The position numbers were made by a program, and so were the translations under genes. DNA of 63,890 bases, the filler included, from Octopus bimaculoides (lineage: Eukaryota), in the NCBI RefSeq assembly GCF_001194135.2. It is 5 parts of 5 records of this genome, joined end to end, with 100 filler letters (N's around TTAATTAATTAA, not from the genome) between each part and the next. Parts side by side here need not be neighbours in the genome. Positions count along the whole stretch, not along the records: positions 27,558 to 40,600 come from NC_068983.1; positions 40,701 to 61,414 come from NC_068981.1; 3 more parts are not named here. One strand, given 5' to 3'. This document shows positions 36,845 to 49,014 of the stretch, piece after piece. Numbering within the stretch: the first letter of the stretch is position 1; every line of letters begins with the position of its first letter. Under the pieces are notes generated by a model. That model did no database searches, was not told the DNA's origin, and was given only the letters and a program-made list of their open reading frames with translations.

Positions 36845-36995
36845 CTTTTGTACTTGTTTCAGTCATTTGACTACGGCTATGCTGGAGCACCGCTTTTAGT
36901 TGAGCAAATCGACCCCAGGACTTTTCTGTGTAAGCCTAGTACTTATTCTATCAGTTCTTTTGCTGAACCGAGAAGTTCAAACTTGACAACACTTT
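36845..36995 (-). mobile_element. SINE 3' part
   Basis: tacttgtttcagtcatttgactacggctatgctggagcaccgc..gcaaatcgaccccaggactt..gtaagcctagtacttattctatc; homologous to 38994-39200. Confidence 0.85.
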
Positions 36996-38419
36996 TTTAG
37001 GGCAGCATTTTACTGATGCATTTTTAGATTACATCATGGCAAAAACCTGCCATCGTCCGGTAAATTTTAATCATATAGACAGGTAAAGTAGAAATAGATG
37101 GCCACATCACCATCTACGATCATTGAACGTGATAAAGTAGTTAATACTCCACTCAAAATACATACATTTGATGCAGAGAATATTATGAATATGGAAGATT
37201 CTTCCGTGTACCTAACTAGTAACCTGGCCCCACTGATAGCTGTCTATGAGAGATAAATGCAAAAAGTGCCCAAATCCCGCCAAAATATGTCAACCGTATC
37301 AAGAGCCTATACGTATCCGCTATTTTGTAAGCAGTTATCTATTCGCTCGCAATATGGATACGCTCAAACTCTATATGCGCATGAAGCAATGGCGGAAAAT
37401 TACCTGATAAAGTATGCATATGGAAATTACTTTGTATGCTGTAGTACATTTTAGAAGAGTTTGCAGAGATTGTATTAGAACAAAACAGTACCTTAAGTGT
37501 TATGATAAAGTTATCCACTTGTGGAATAGTTAATACATTTAGCAACATCTTCAGATGAACGTGTATCAGCATTAATGTTGTGAAGTAAACAGGCAAAATT
37601 ATCAGATCCAGTCATTGCTAAATCCTACCGCTTTCATAGTTACAATTTAGTTAAATATTGTAAGATATATACCAAAACCTACGTCTGAATTTCAAACTAA
37701 CAAATATAATATACCTGATAAGTTGCCAGGAAAATGATGAGATAACCTCTCTGAAAATCTCATGGAAACCGCACATCGAAAAGTAGGTGAAATATTTGGC
37801 CAACTATCAAACAACATTTACGATAAGAAGCTACCATATATATTTTACTAACACTCGTTCGATAAAGGCAATACTTCAGTAAATGTACATCGTGTGAAAA
37901 GTTTATATACCTATTCCTGTGGTTCGATGCTAAGCTGCGTAGCTGCATTAATTTGTAATCAAAAGTACATCATTAGTAACCGCACATTCGATTGAACACA
38001 CGTAAAGTGTGTATATAGTTTTCGTTATTTATCAGTAGTGTTTTTCATTTACATCGTAGTAGTCATAGTCTAAGTTATATTTTAGGCAGTTATTATAAGC
38101 ATTCTTTAAACGACTTGATGAATAATCGCCAAACAATATTACAAGCATTTTTAACAGTATCTCTTGATTTCAAAAGTATTTAAAATACATTCTTTAAGGA
38201 AGTTCATTGATAATAAATTTTAAACAAATGTCGCAAGCCGGACGGAAAACAAAGGATAATCGAATCTAAAATAACAGTACAACCATAATCATAAATTTTA
38301 AAGAAAATGGTCATTCACATACATGATGGGGGCTGTTTAGTTTTCATAATATATTAGTGACCGAAATCCCACATCATCCTCTGAATGGGAGACCGGGGCG
38401 TTGTAGGTTTTGAAGGCAG

Positions 38420-38590
38420 TGATCGTGTCCACTGCATCAACCTCAGTACATGCCTTGAAAATTATTTTATCGACCCAAGATGAGTGAAAGGTGATGTTGA
38501 CTTCCGTGGGATTTGTACACAGAACGTCAACAGCAAAAAATTACGTTTACCGTTTTCGTCTGACTTGTTAAAATCTCTGCCAGTTCTCAG
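38420..38590 (-). mobile_element. Degenerate SINE (31068 family)
   Basis: Reverse complement aligns to the 31068 copy (tttatcgaccc..gaaaggt..gttgacttccgtggga..cagaacgt..ctgccag). Confidence 0.65.
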
Positions 38591-38719
38591 TCTTTTTCAA
38601 ACACAGTTACTAATAATATATTTAAAACGATGTAGTCTAAAATTTCAAAAGAAAATGAAGAAATAAAATAAAGAAAACAAAGAATACATGAGTCTAAAAT
38701 CAACCAACTGAACTATAAT

Positions 38720-38935
38720 CATAAATACAGTTCTATATTTAAGAGATGAGGAATTATGTACGTTATTTACATTTGACTGACATGTGTCCTCATCTTATTT
38801 GTTGTTAACACAACGTTTCGGCTGATATACCTGATGAAAGCTGGCGGGTATATCAGCCGAAACGTTGTGCTAATAACAAACAAGATGAAGACAAATATCC
38901 GTCAAATGTAAATAATATAAATAATGTACATAATC
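38720..38935. mobile_element. Inverted duplication of the hammerhead-bearing repeat (family of 40701-40950)
   Basis: Arms 38752-38830 and 38848-38935 are reverse complements of each other; the 17-nt spacer is ctgatgaaagctggcgg. Confidence 0.85.
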
Positions 38936-38993
38936 ATAAATTTCTGATGGCGTTCAATCACACAGAATTACAAATAAAAATATATATAATCTA

Positions 38994-39200
38994 TTACTCT
39001 TTTACTTGTTACAGTCATTTGACTGCGTCCATGCTGCAGTACCGCCTTTAGTCGGGGCAATCGACTCCAGGACTTATTCTTTGTAAGCCTGGTACTTATT
39101 CTATCGGTCTCTAAGTTGCGGGGACGTAAACACACTAGCATCGGTTGTCCAGTGATGTTGGAGGGGGGAGACAAACACAGACACACAAACACACATGCTC
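38994..39200 (-). mobile_element. SINE 3' part
   Basis: tactcttttacttgttacagtcatttgactgcgtccatgctgcagtaccgcctttagtc..ggggacgtaaacacactagcatcggttgtc.. Confidence 0.85.
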
Positions 39201-40421
39201 GCGTGTGTGTAAGTATTTGTGTCTGTAAAATTTCACGAAGAAAACCCAAATTTGTGACAAAGAGAAAAAAACTAAAAATATAACGAACAACATGTCTAAA
39301 AATAGTGGAAGTAAAAGGCGAATAAAGCAAAACAAAAAAGTGTACGATGAATCTAAAACCATCAAAGGAAGAAACAAGGGAATGTCTGGCATTTTGGCAT
39401 TACCATTTAAGAAAGGTAGAATAAATATGGAAAAAGAGACAGAGAATGTCCGATACTACAAACATTGTATCGTTGCTATCGTGTATTTTCTCTATATCGT
39501 GTATGTCACTAAGTTTTGATTTTGACTAATTTTCTTACCCCTCATCCGATGAGCAATGAGCATTAACATGAACGACGTTTCAGGAGAGATGTGATAGCGA
39601 AATTGACAATGCTTTTAATATTCTGAACTCAAACGCAGCATGTGATCAACTTCTAGCTACAAAACAAATTGCAAAATGTTAAAATAAAAAAAAAACGAGA
39701 CAATCAGCAAAATCTCAGCATGGTATCAGCATAAACATATTGCTCGCGTCATTTCTAGTTGCCCAGTCCTTCTACAGATAAGTTACATCCTCTTAGAGCG
39801 GGACTATGTTTAATGGATTATTTGGTACCAGTCGATGTGAAGGTCAAGAAGTTATGTAAACATGTATATATAGCTCACATGAAGAGGTTGAAAACAGATT
39901 GTAAGAATTTTAATTATTTATAGCTTACTGGTAATTATTACATAGCAAATACATTTTCAATTAATATACAACTTAACTTGAAAATGCTGCTCATATCAGA
40001 AATGGAAGAATCAAACAACAACGAATGTACTATATATATTCATATATTGATGAAGTATATAGGAATCGTAGACAAAGAAAAAAAGAAGAAAAGCCGTTGT
40101 CCATTAGAGATGTATGGAGAATTCTTTTGCGTGACTTAAATAAAAGATCAACTGGTATTAAGCTAATGCAACGCGTGATTCAGTAGCAGTGTTTTTATAG
40201 AGGTTAATTTTATACAAAAACGGCCAATCTGCGGTTGATGACAATCAAAATGAAAACGAATAAAGAGAAAACGTTTTACTAATGGAAGTTAGAGAAAACG
40301 TTTCACTATTGGCAAGTTACAACGCTATTTCTCATATATACGTGCACTACAAAAGAGGTGTAAGAAATATGAAGAAAACGAAACGGGGAGATGGTGTGTA
40401 CGTAGGCGCAGCCATTGTTGT

Positions 40422-40600
40422 GTGGTAAGTAGTTTGATTCTTAATCACATGATTCTGGTTTCAGTCCCACTGTGTAGTAACTTCGGCGAGTGTTTGATAC
40501 GATAGCCTCCGGCCGACCAGGTCCTCCGGCCGACCAGGGCCTCCGGCCGACCAGGGCCTCCTGAGTGGATTTAGTAGACAGAAAACTGAAAGAAGCCCGT
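40422..40600 (+). mobile_element. tRNA-derived SINE 5' part with internal 3x17-bp tandem repeat
   Basis: Head homologous to 47671 (tgtgtggtaagtag..ttcagtcccactg); (cctccggccgaccagg[t/g])x3 at 40506-40556. Confidence 0.8.
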
Positions 40601-40700
40601 NNNNNNNNNNNNNNNNNNNNNNNNNNNNNNNNNNNNNNNNNNNNTTAATTAATTAANNNNNNNNNNNNNNNNNNNNNNNNNNNNNNNNNNNNNNNNNNNN

Positions 40701-40786
<86 letters not shown>

Positions 40787-40950
40787 CAACAACAACAACA
40801 ACATCGAAAAATACCTTAGGAATCAGAACCCAGGTTCGAAATTTCCCCAAGACACCTGATGAAGGCTGGAGGGTATATCAGCCGAAACGTTGTGTTAACA
40901 ACAAACAAGATGAGGACAAATATCCGTCAAATGTACATAATGTAATTAAT
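40701..40950 (+). mobile_element. Short non-coding repeat with internal (AAT)n(AAC)n and a hammerhead motif
   Basis: ctg(aat)n(aac)n atcgaaaaataccttagg..ccccaagacacctgatgaaggctggagggtatatcagccgaaacgttgtgttaac..ccgtcaaatgtacataat; second copy at 38720-38935. Confidence 0.75.
40851..40896 (+). ncRNA. Minimal type I hammerhead-like motif (variant core)
   Basis: Stem I GACAC/GUGUU; CUGAUGA plus one extra A; stem II GGCUG/CAGCC; GAAA; loopless palindromic stem III ACGU; triplet GUU. Confidence 0.65.
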
Positions 40951-43719
40951 GTACTTTATATCCTAAGTTGAAATCGGACTGGGACCTACATTGCTTTCCA
41001 TGATTTTTGTTTATGAGGTCGGTGTTCAATTTCAAGGGTAGGGTTGGGTTTGATTTAATGGCTGTATCGATTTGATATCGTAGCAGTATCCCATTTATTA
41101 CAGCTATTTAGGGAGTTAGAATCTGATCGACGCTGGAGTATTGTTCTGTTGAATAATGCGAGATTGTGGAATCTTTCAATTCAGTTATGGCTTCATGCAG
41201 AGATATACATAACTGTTTCCATTATTTATGATGTAAAGTTTGTATCATTTTGCATTTGACAGATTCTAGTTTCGCTGAGGTAAAGTATCTGGCTACTTTA
41301 TTCGGTGGGTTTTGGTTTAATCGCTTAATTATTTCAGTGAGGTATGCAATGATGTGATGTGTGTGTTTGTGAGTGTGCAAAGTACGAACATTTAATAGTA
41401 AAGTTTAGAGGCATGGGCACATCCTGACCACTCATCAGTTTGCTTAAGAATTAGAGTTTTGCTCGTGGTAGAATATGCAATGCGACACCTCAATTAGACA
41501 ATGATTCAAAGTATGGGAGGCAGATACTCTAAGTTAAATGCTGGTTTTGGTAGAAAGAACGTATTTATTGCGTCGGTGTGTATCCCGGAAATACCAAGTT
41601 AGGATAACAAACTAGATTATACTCACAGAATCAAGCTCTTGTCTTATATGTTGAGAGAAAGTCTATGGAAAACCTTTTTCTGCAGTACTATCTGGCAAAT
41701 AGTAGCATTGCACAAACGAAACTAACGTTCGAAGCGATGCAACAAGAGTCTGCACTTTCTCAAACTGACTGACAGCCTTCGCTATAAAATAATTAAACCT
41801 GGGTCATTGAATATTCTTGTGGTACCTCTATGAAAGTTAGTAATTCACAGTAATTCGTTGCCATCATCTCTTTTCTGACCTTTATTTGCAGATCAGTAGC
41901 GCTGACATCCCATACGAGTTGCTTTCTTTGCGGTTGTAAAAGTTAGGTCCGGTGTGAGATGGGTAATGACAGCTGAATGTAAATTTACAAGGTAGACATA
42001 ATAGTAATTATTCAGAGATATGAAGAAAGCGGTAAGTGCGGTAAGTAAGAATAAATGAATGAATAAATATAAACAAATGAAGTCAATGAGAGTGAATAAG
42101 AAATGTAAACAGATGTCAGGAACTAGACTAAATGATATTACCTATTTTAAATGGTCAGTAGTATTTGAGTGATCGAAGTAGAATAAAACCGAGTCAGAGT
42201 ACTATTGAAGTCAGACGAATATATTTGTTAATAGCGACGAATATTGCTGGAATAGATACTCGATGTCATAATTTAGGATGTCACATATTCTCACCTTAAT
42301 TAGATTGACTTTGGTAATTGCTCCCAACTCTAGCTCAGCAAAAGCTCATCAGCAATAAACTGGTCTTTAATCAAACATATTACTCTGCATTTAATAAAAT
42401 AATGACTGAGTTATAAATTTTTTCTGATATATCATTATTATCAGATTGATTCAACAATTCCTTTTTATAATCTGAGAAGTAGATAATGCAGTTGATTTTT
42501 CTGTTAGCTCGACAAATCTCTGTTAACATGAACGAATTCAGATATTTATTATGCAGATAACATAATTCAGATGTTTATTATGCGGATAACATGATTTAAC
42601 TAACAATTTGTAGGTAAATTTACGTATGACTAACATGTGATTATTTTCTCAAAGAGAGAAGGGATATTTCCAAAACGATCAACAATTTCCATAATATCTT
42701 GGCCAGTTAAGTTACCATTAGCATTAGAATGCCAAACTAGAACCTTTATTTCGCTGCGTCACATATCTGGATTACATCCTAACTAAAGATGACTTTGTCT
42801 TTATTTCGATAAGATCGATAATGAATTACTAATTTTCATCTAGGTTCCAATCACCATTCGACTATTTTCCCTCCTAAAATAGTATTATGCCTGAGAGAGA
42901 AATTGTTAATTACATAGTGAAATACAGAGCCCAGGCTAGTTAATCAAACGACAAATAGTGTTATAAAAATAGTATTTGGATCTACTTTGCATTCATTGCT
43001 TTATTTGTTTGTTATTGAAAAGACCGAGAAAGTGAAATATAAGAGAAAAAGAGAGAGTAAAAAATGTCCTGTACTAACATCCATAGAATAAATAGTTTAA
43101 CGGAGAAACTTCGGTAATTGTAGCTTCTTTTATCTTACTTTATTTTCGTTCACAACGTCTTAAGCAAAACTATCGATGTTGATTGACCATTTTGCACGTT
43201 TTTGTCCAATCTTACTTTGACAGACGTATCTGGCTTTTAATGTCCTTTAAGATAGTGTTTTGTAGTCGATAATAAATGGTTCCAGGAATATAAGAACTGC
43301 ATTAAAATCAACAAAAATGTCGGGAAAATATAAAATTAAATGAAATAACATCAAATACAGCAAAATTTACAACAACAAGAACAACGGCAATCAACTACAA
43401 CAACGATATTTAGCAGCAAGAAAAAGGAGACAAGTTTAATAATAGCAGTGTAACATTGTAGAAGACTGTCGTCTGCAATCAAAGAAATTCAGAATGCTTG
43501 AAGTTAAGATATAAAAAAAGAATAAGATATTAAAAATGTAAGAAAATGACTGAAAATAAGTGGTAATTATGGCGTAGTTGAAAGACATGTTAAATGTAGT
43601 GTACGTTCGAGCTGGGAAAAAATGTCTATCCAATTCACCAATCAAAGGAAAATAACTCTTCTAAAGCTGTTTAATATGCTATACATACATAATACATTCA
43701 TACACACACGTATGCACAG

Positions 43720-43772
<53 letters not shown>

Positions 43773-45804
43773 ATATATGTATGTATGTATGTGTGTATGT
43801 GCGCGCGCGCGCAGAATACAAACAAAATACAACTGAAACTCATAATTGAGTGTATATTTATGCATATACAGAGCGTGCATATACATAACATATAGACTTA
43901 AATATGTAAACAGTTATATTTAAGTAGGAGACGAACAAATCTTTCACAGAACTGTTTAAGACTATTGATTCTTACCTACATTCGAGTATACGTGCATATA
44001 CAAGTGTACATACTCAATACTTGTACAAAAACGTGTAAGTATGAGCGCGCTCATGTGGGTGTGTATGTATTTGTGTATGTATGCGTGCGTATTAAGAGAA
44101 ACTAATTTTATGCTATGTATAGAAACCCCCAAAGTGCTAAAGTTGCCAACTCTATAATAAGGCTACTAAGTGGCATCTTCTTTAATTAGCAGCATTGCAG
44201 TAGCCACATGAAATTTAGCTTAAAAGATTGTACAATTCTGAGTAGAATATCTCTTCAATGAAGATTTTTTAAAATTGTGTAGCATAAAATGTTTCATTAT
44301 ATATTCTGAGTATTGGCTGTGTCTATAGAAATGTTATTTTCTCATTGGGTAATCAAAAATAATAAACGATTAATATATATACGATTAGTGGTGTATAGGA
44401 TGTGAACTTTGTAAGGTGATGGCTGGGAGGAATAAATTAACTTTGAGAATATTTTGAAATGATAACTTTCTAACGAACAAGGATTTGATAAATTTCTGGT
44501 GGTAAAGTCTAAGAGCTCACTGTTAGTTTAGATAGTAACAGTACACATTTTATCCAAAACAAAATGGTAGTTAACGGTTATTAAAATAGCTAAATACATA
44601 TTTCACAATGGAATCTCTCTATAACTAATTTACATAGTGGCATATCGAAATCTGAAGCTTGTAGTCAGATCACACCACAAAGTGTATATAGACAAAGCTT
44701 TCTCTGAATCTCACACTATAAATCTTTCTGTCCCACAAAGTTCGATTTTATGTACCACTTAGATTCATCTGGACATTAACGACCGAGTAACAATGTTCAT
44801 TCTTATGCAGAAGATACTTCTCTCCATTTCTCGGCATTTTTACGAATATACCCGTCATCCACCTGAAATCGACACACTCCAAGCCAAGTCTACCATGCGT
44901 CCTTGAATAGAGACCGTGAAAACGTCATCAGGGAAACTTTTCTGGCGAGCTCCACATATATAATATAATTCAACGCATCACAAAACCTTGAATTCTTCTT
45001 CACACCCACAAAACAATTCAACAACGATCAATGCCAACTGTCTTCTCAGTACAGAAAAGATTTTCAGTACAAGACTTCTCTTTTTTCCGGAACGACGTTC
45101 CTCTCAAATACACACGTATCCAAAATAACAAGGAAAAGTTGTCATCCGACAAATTGTTAGTAAGTTACTTTCTTGCACCCTGTAAATTTTGACCTGTAGA
45201 TGGTCTCTTCTATCTTCCACCTATATTGATGCTACAGCAATCTCCCTCAGTATCTTCCCACAGGGCCACCCATTTTGTACCTCTACTTTATCCAATCGTT
45301 TCCTCAAGAACGTCTATACTCTTAAAATATCTTACATTCTCACTGTTATGTCTCAAGCTACGGCTATCTAACACCTTAGGATGATCTCTACTCAACCGCT
45401 ACACGACGGCTACTTAACAGTCACTCAACCCTCTACCACGGTCAGACTACCTCTATTTATATGTCTTGAGCGATCCTACTTCTTCGCTTGGGGACGTCGA
45501 CACAACACTCACGTATTTCTGAAAATGACGAATCGTAAATGATCAAAGGTATTGAGCTTATTCATCTCCTTCAACTGGGCTATCATCGGCAACACCACCC
45601 CAAGACTAAACCAAATAAAAACAAATTACTGAGAGCACACACAACGATACTTCTCTTTGGATTCTGGGAGCGTTGAAATATATATACATTGCAATATGCT
45701 ATAAGTGATTGAAGTAACTATATTTTTAAGAATATTCACATGATCAAAATATTTATTGTCATAACGATAATCATTATAATAGTAATATAATATAATAATA
45801 GTTA

Positions 45805-46330
45805 TAGACAACATCTATTTTCTCCGTCTACTATTCCTGTTAGGGTGGAGTTCGTGGAGATCCTCAGATACCACCTGCATAAGGCCCTATCGGAAGCAAC
45901 CGTCATTAGATTTTCCAGATGGATTGCCAAGCATGACCAACTATAGCTATGAATATTATCAAATCATCTCGTCCTTAGGCTATTTCGAGGTCTGCTGTCG
46001 GTTGGTTCGGATTGAAAAACGTCTTGCGATTCTTTCCAGTGACATTCTAATCGCATGTTCATGATACAAGAGTTGTGACATCTGAATTCGGAGACTTGGA
46101 AATACATCCTGATCTTAGAGCTACGCAGTTTGATAAGTAACGTTACTCCATTTCTGTCATTTCTATTTACAACCGCACTATTTCGGCCATTAACTGATAT
46201 AACAAACATATCAATGTAAGCCAAACTGAAGCTTCCAAGTTTCATTTCCTTACTAACCTCTCCTCTTCTGAGGATCGTTACGCCGGAGCAGGCGCATTAT
46301 GTGTCAGCACCTACATTTCTAGCACCCAAT
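45805..46330 (-). mobile_element. RTE-clade LINE 3' remnant
   Basis: KIRMYFQV..FQSEPTDSRPR..DNIHSYSWSCLAIHLENLMTVASDRALCR; same family as 23560-24068 (shared gataatattca and gttgcttc.gat motifs). Confidence 0.75.
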
Positions 46331-46547
46331 TCAGCTATCTACTTCCTTTCACTTGTGAATACGGCCCAGAGATATTTAACTTATTCACTTGTCTGTGATA
46401 TTTTCTGTAATGTTTCTTAGCATACAAAATGCACAAGGGAGACTTTCTGGAGAGGACATACAGAATGCATGTTGAGAAATTTTAAAGTTACGAACACGCA
46501 CGCAGAGATATGCATGTACACGTATGTGCACGTCTATATGCACAAAT

Positions 46548-46548
46548 A

Positions 46549-46642
<94 letters not shown>
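46548..46642. repeat. (CA)n(TA)n microsatellite
   Basis: About 40 near-perfect CA units. Confidence 0.95.
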
Positions 46643-47092
46643 GGAGAGAGAGTGTATGTGAGAGAGAAATAAATAAATGGAGTTAAACTCAGGTGTTGTT
46701 CAAATTCTTTTACTTCCGACATATGTTTCGAAGACAATATTGGTATTATTCCAGAAGGAATAAAATGATGTAAAACAATGCAGTCTTCTAATCAGGGAAA
46801 GAAAGAAACCAAACATATCAATAAGACATTTTAACAGAATGTGATGATTGCGTATAATGATGAAGGGAACGCTATTAAGTTTCTTCCACAAAAAACCGTT
46901 AGTTGATATCACGCCAAAGGTAGCATATAGAATGAGGAGGAGAAGGAGAGAAATTAGCAGAAAACTAATAGTGGAGAAATATAGAGCGATGGGTGAATTA
47001 GAATAAAGCTTAAAAGCTTGGAATTAGATATATTTAGTGGAAGTGAAATATGAGAAGACAATCAAAGGTTAAATTATATAGAATGGTAGAAA

Positions 47093-47485
47093 TCACTTAT
47101 AGGAACTAAAGGTATGTTTCTGCCAATGTTTGCAACGATAAACGCGTTCTATAAACGTGTTTACAAGGGGATTCTTTGAGAATAGAATATGAAACATTTC
47201 GCTATTACAAAGCGAGCAGAAATGTTTACCTTTATCATACGGTAAAGAAATAGAGAGAATATTCCATTCCAAATTAAACTGTTTATTACGATCTTTTAGA
47301 TACCAGATTAATTTACTAAGCCCTGTCTTGTTACCTTTATTGATATGCCTAAATGAAGAGTAATGATTAGATATTCTTTTGGACAACTGAGATTAGGAAC
47401 TACCTATATAAAAAAGACGTCAGAACCGGAAGTAATTTTATATTGATAAATAAAGTTTTTAGTCTTAGAATTACTGTTACATGCT
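47093..47485 (-). pseudogene. Penelope-like GIY-YIG endonuclease remnant
   Basis: TKNFIYQYKITSGSDVF / YIGSS*SQLSKRISNHYSSFRH..GLSKLIWYLKD..EWNILSISLPYDKGKHFCSLCNSEMFHILF..RCKHWQKHTFSSYK*. Confidence 0.85.
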
Positions 47486-48065
47486 TCGTCTGTTATGGGG
47501 CCACTTAATAGTTTCCAGTGTAAGCATAAACAAATAATAGGTCTATAACTGCTGCCTTTCCTTCTCTTTTCTTTGTCCTTCTGTATCAACACTGTCCTTC
47601 CTATTGTCATCCATGTTGGAGTTACACTTTCTGTGCAGTTTGTAAAAAATGGTCGCATTCTGACATCATAGGCGTAAGAGTGGCTGTGTGGTAAGTAACT
47701 TGCTTACCAACGACATGGTCCCGGGTTCAGTCCCACTGCGTGGCATCTTGGGCAAGTGTCTTCTACTATAGCCTCGGGCCGACTAATTAAATGACTGCAT
47801 GGCCACAATCAAATGACTGAAACAAGTAAAAGAGTAAAAGAGCATATAACTCTATACATGGGAGATTCTAGAGTCAGAAACCCTGGACATCATCTGGTCC
47901 AAGTGCTTTCCAGTTTCGTATTCTTTTAATCATCTCTTTTACTTTCGTATCTATGATTATTATACTTTCGTGAGTCACTCAAAAATTTATTTTCATTTCT
48001 CTCTTAAACTCACGCAACCAGCCTGCGTTTATTTAATGGTGGACTTGTTTCTTCCAGATTTCTGC
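47485..48065 (-). pseudogene. R4/Dong-like (RLE-type) LINE reverse transcriptase N-terminal remnant, split by a SINE
   Basis: FLAEIWKK..AGWLREF..IRNWKALGPDDVQGF*L*NL..PTWMTIGRTVLIQKDKEK..SYRPIICLCLHWKLLSG. Confidence 0.85.
47671..47842 (+). mobile_element. Internally deleted tRNA-derived SINE with CATA flanking duplication
   Basis: Head ggcgtaagagtggctgtgtggtaagt..gggttcagtcccactgcg joined to tail gactgaaacaagtaaaagagtaaaagag; CATA at 47667-70 and 47843-46. Confidence 0.85.
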
Positions 48066-48104
48066 CAAGAATTTCCTTGCTGCCTCTATTAAAAAAAAAA
48101 AATC

Positions 48105-48105
48105 A

Positions 48106-48167
<62 letters not shown>

Positions 48168-48219
48168 GTTGCTGTTGTTGTTGTTGTTGTTATTGTTGTT
48201 GTTGTTGTTGTTATTGTTG

Positions 48220-48256
<37 letters not shown>

Positions 48257-48280
48257 GTAATAGTAGTAGTACTACTACTA
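48105..48280. repeat. Compound (ATT)n/(GTT)n/(AGT)n trinucleotide tract
   Basis: Directly visible. Confidence 0.95.
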
Positions 48281-48951
48281 ATATGCATTTTTCTTCTTTC
48301 TCTTCTTTTTCGCTTTCTTCATCTTCTTTTTCGCTTTCTTCATCTTCTCCATCCTACTATCATCGTTATCCTTTCCGAAAAAATATTACGGCAAAAAAAT
48401 TATATATTACACTACGGTATGAGCGTAAATATGATCGTGTATTTTGGTTGCAAAAAGATGTCGCTACAAATCACTGATGGTAGATACAAGTAAGAAATAA
48501 ATAAATAAATAAAATAAATAAAACTTTTGACAGGAGTAAATAAAAGAGCACTTATGTAAGAACAACTGATAACATTCCCCTTGTCAAAAAGTAGGTAAAA
48601 ATCTACTCCTTAAAGCTATTTCAATATCTACTGATATCTGACCACACCTGAAGAATGGATGTCTTCTGAAAATGTAGGCAATGTAGTTTTAAAGTGTGTG
48701 TCAGCTAGAGTTAGAGTGATAAATTTATATAAGAAGTGTCTTATCGTTTTACATTACTAAGTAGTTCCTATTATTTTACATGCAATTTTAAGAAAATAAC
48801 TTAATGCGAATCTTTCTGAGCATTTGCTGTTGTTTTTTCACACCCTAACCAACAATTTACTAGCTATTATCTTATTATCCTTTCCAAACATATGGTGATC
48901 CTCCATACATAGATGTATGCATGTATGTATGTATATATGTATATGTGTGTT

Positions 48952-49014
<63 letters not shown>

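Noticed and set aside
42300-42355. Minus-strand CTGATGA with a distant AAAGTC
   Set aside because: GAAA is absent and the stems are inconsistent.
44760-45480. Possible highly decayed retroelement coding sequence (also 6000-6300, 41000-41340, 55380-55660)
   Set aside because: Fragments hint at LINE C-termini but no diagnostic motif could be reconstructed; needs an HMM search.
46712-46770. Minus-strand GAAACATATGTC (palindromic stem III plus GUC) downstream of the Penelope EN at 47093
   Set aside because: The CUGANGA half of the core is missing; possibly a decayed hammerhead but not supportable.
48640-48690. CTGAAGA..GAAA motif in a possible Penelope-like terminal sequence
   Set aside because: Stem II is weak, and no valid NUH triplet or stem I pairing exists; at best a dead remnant.
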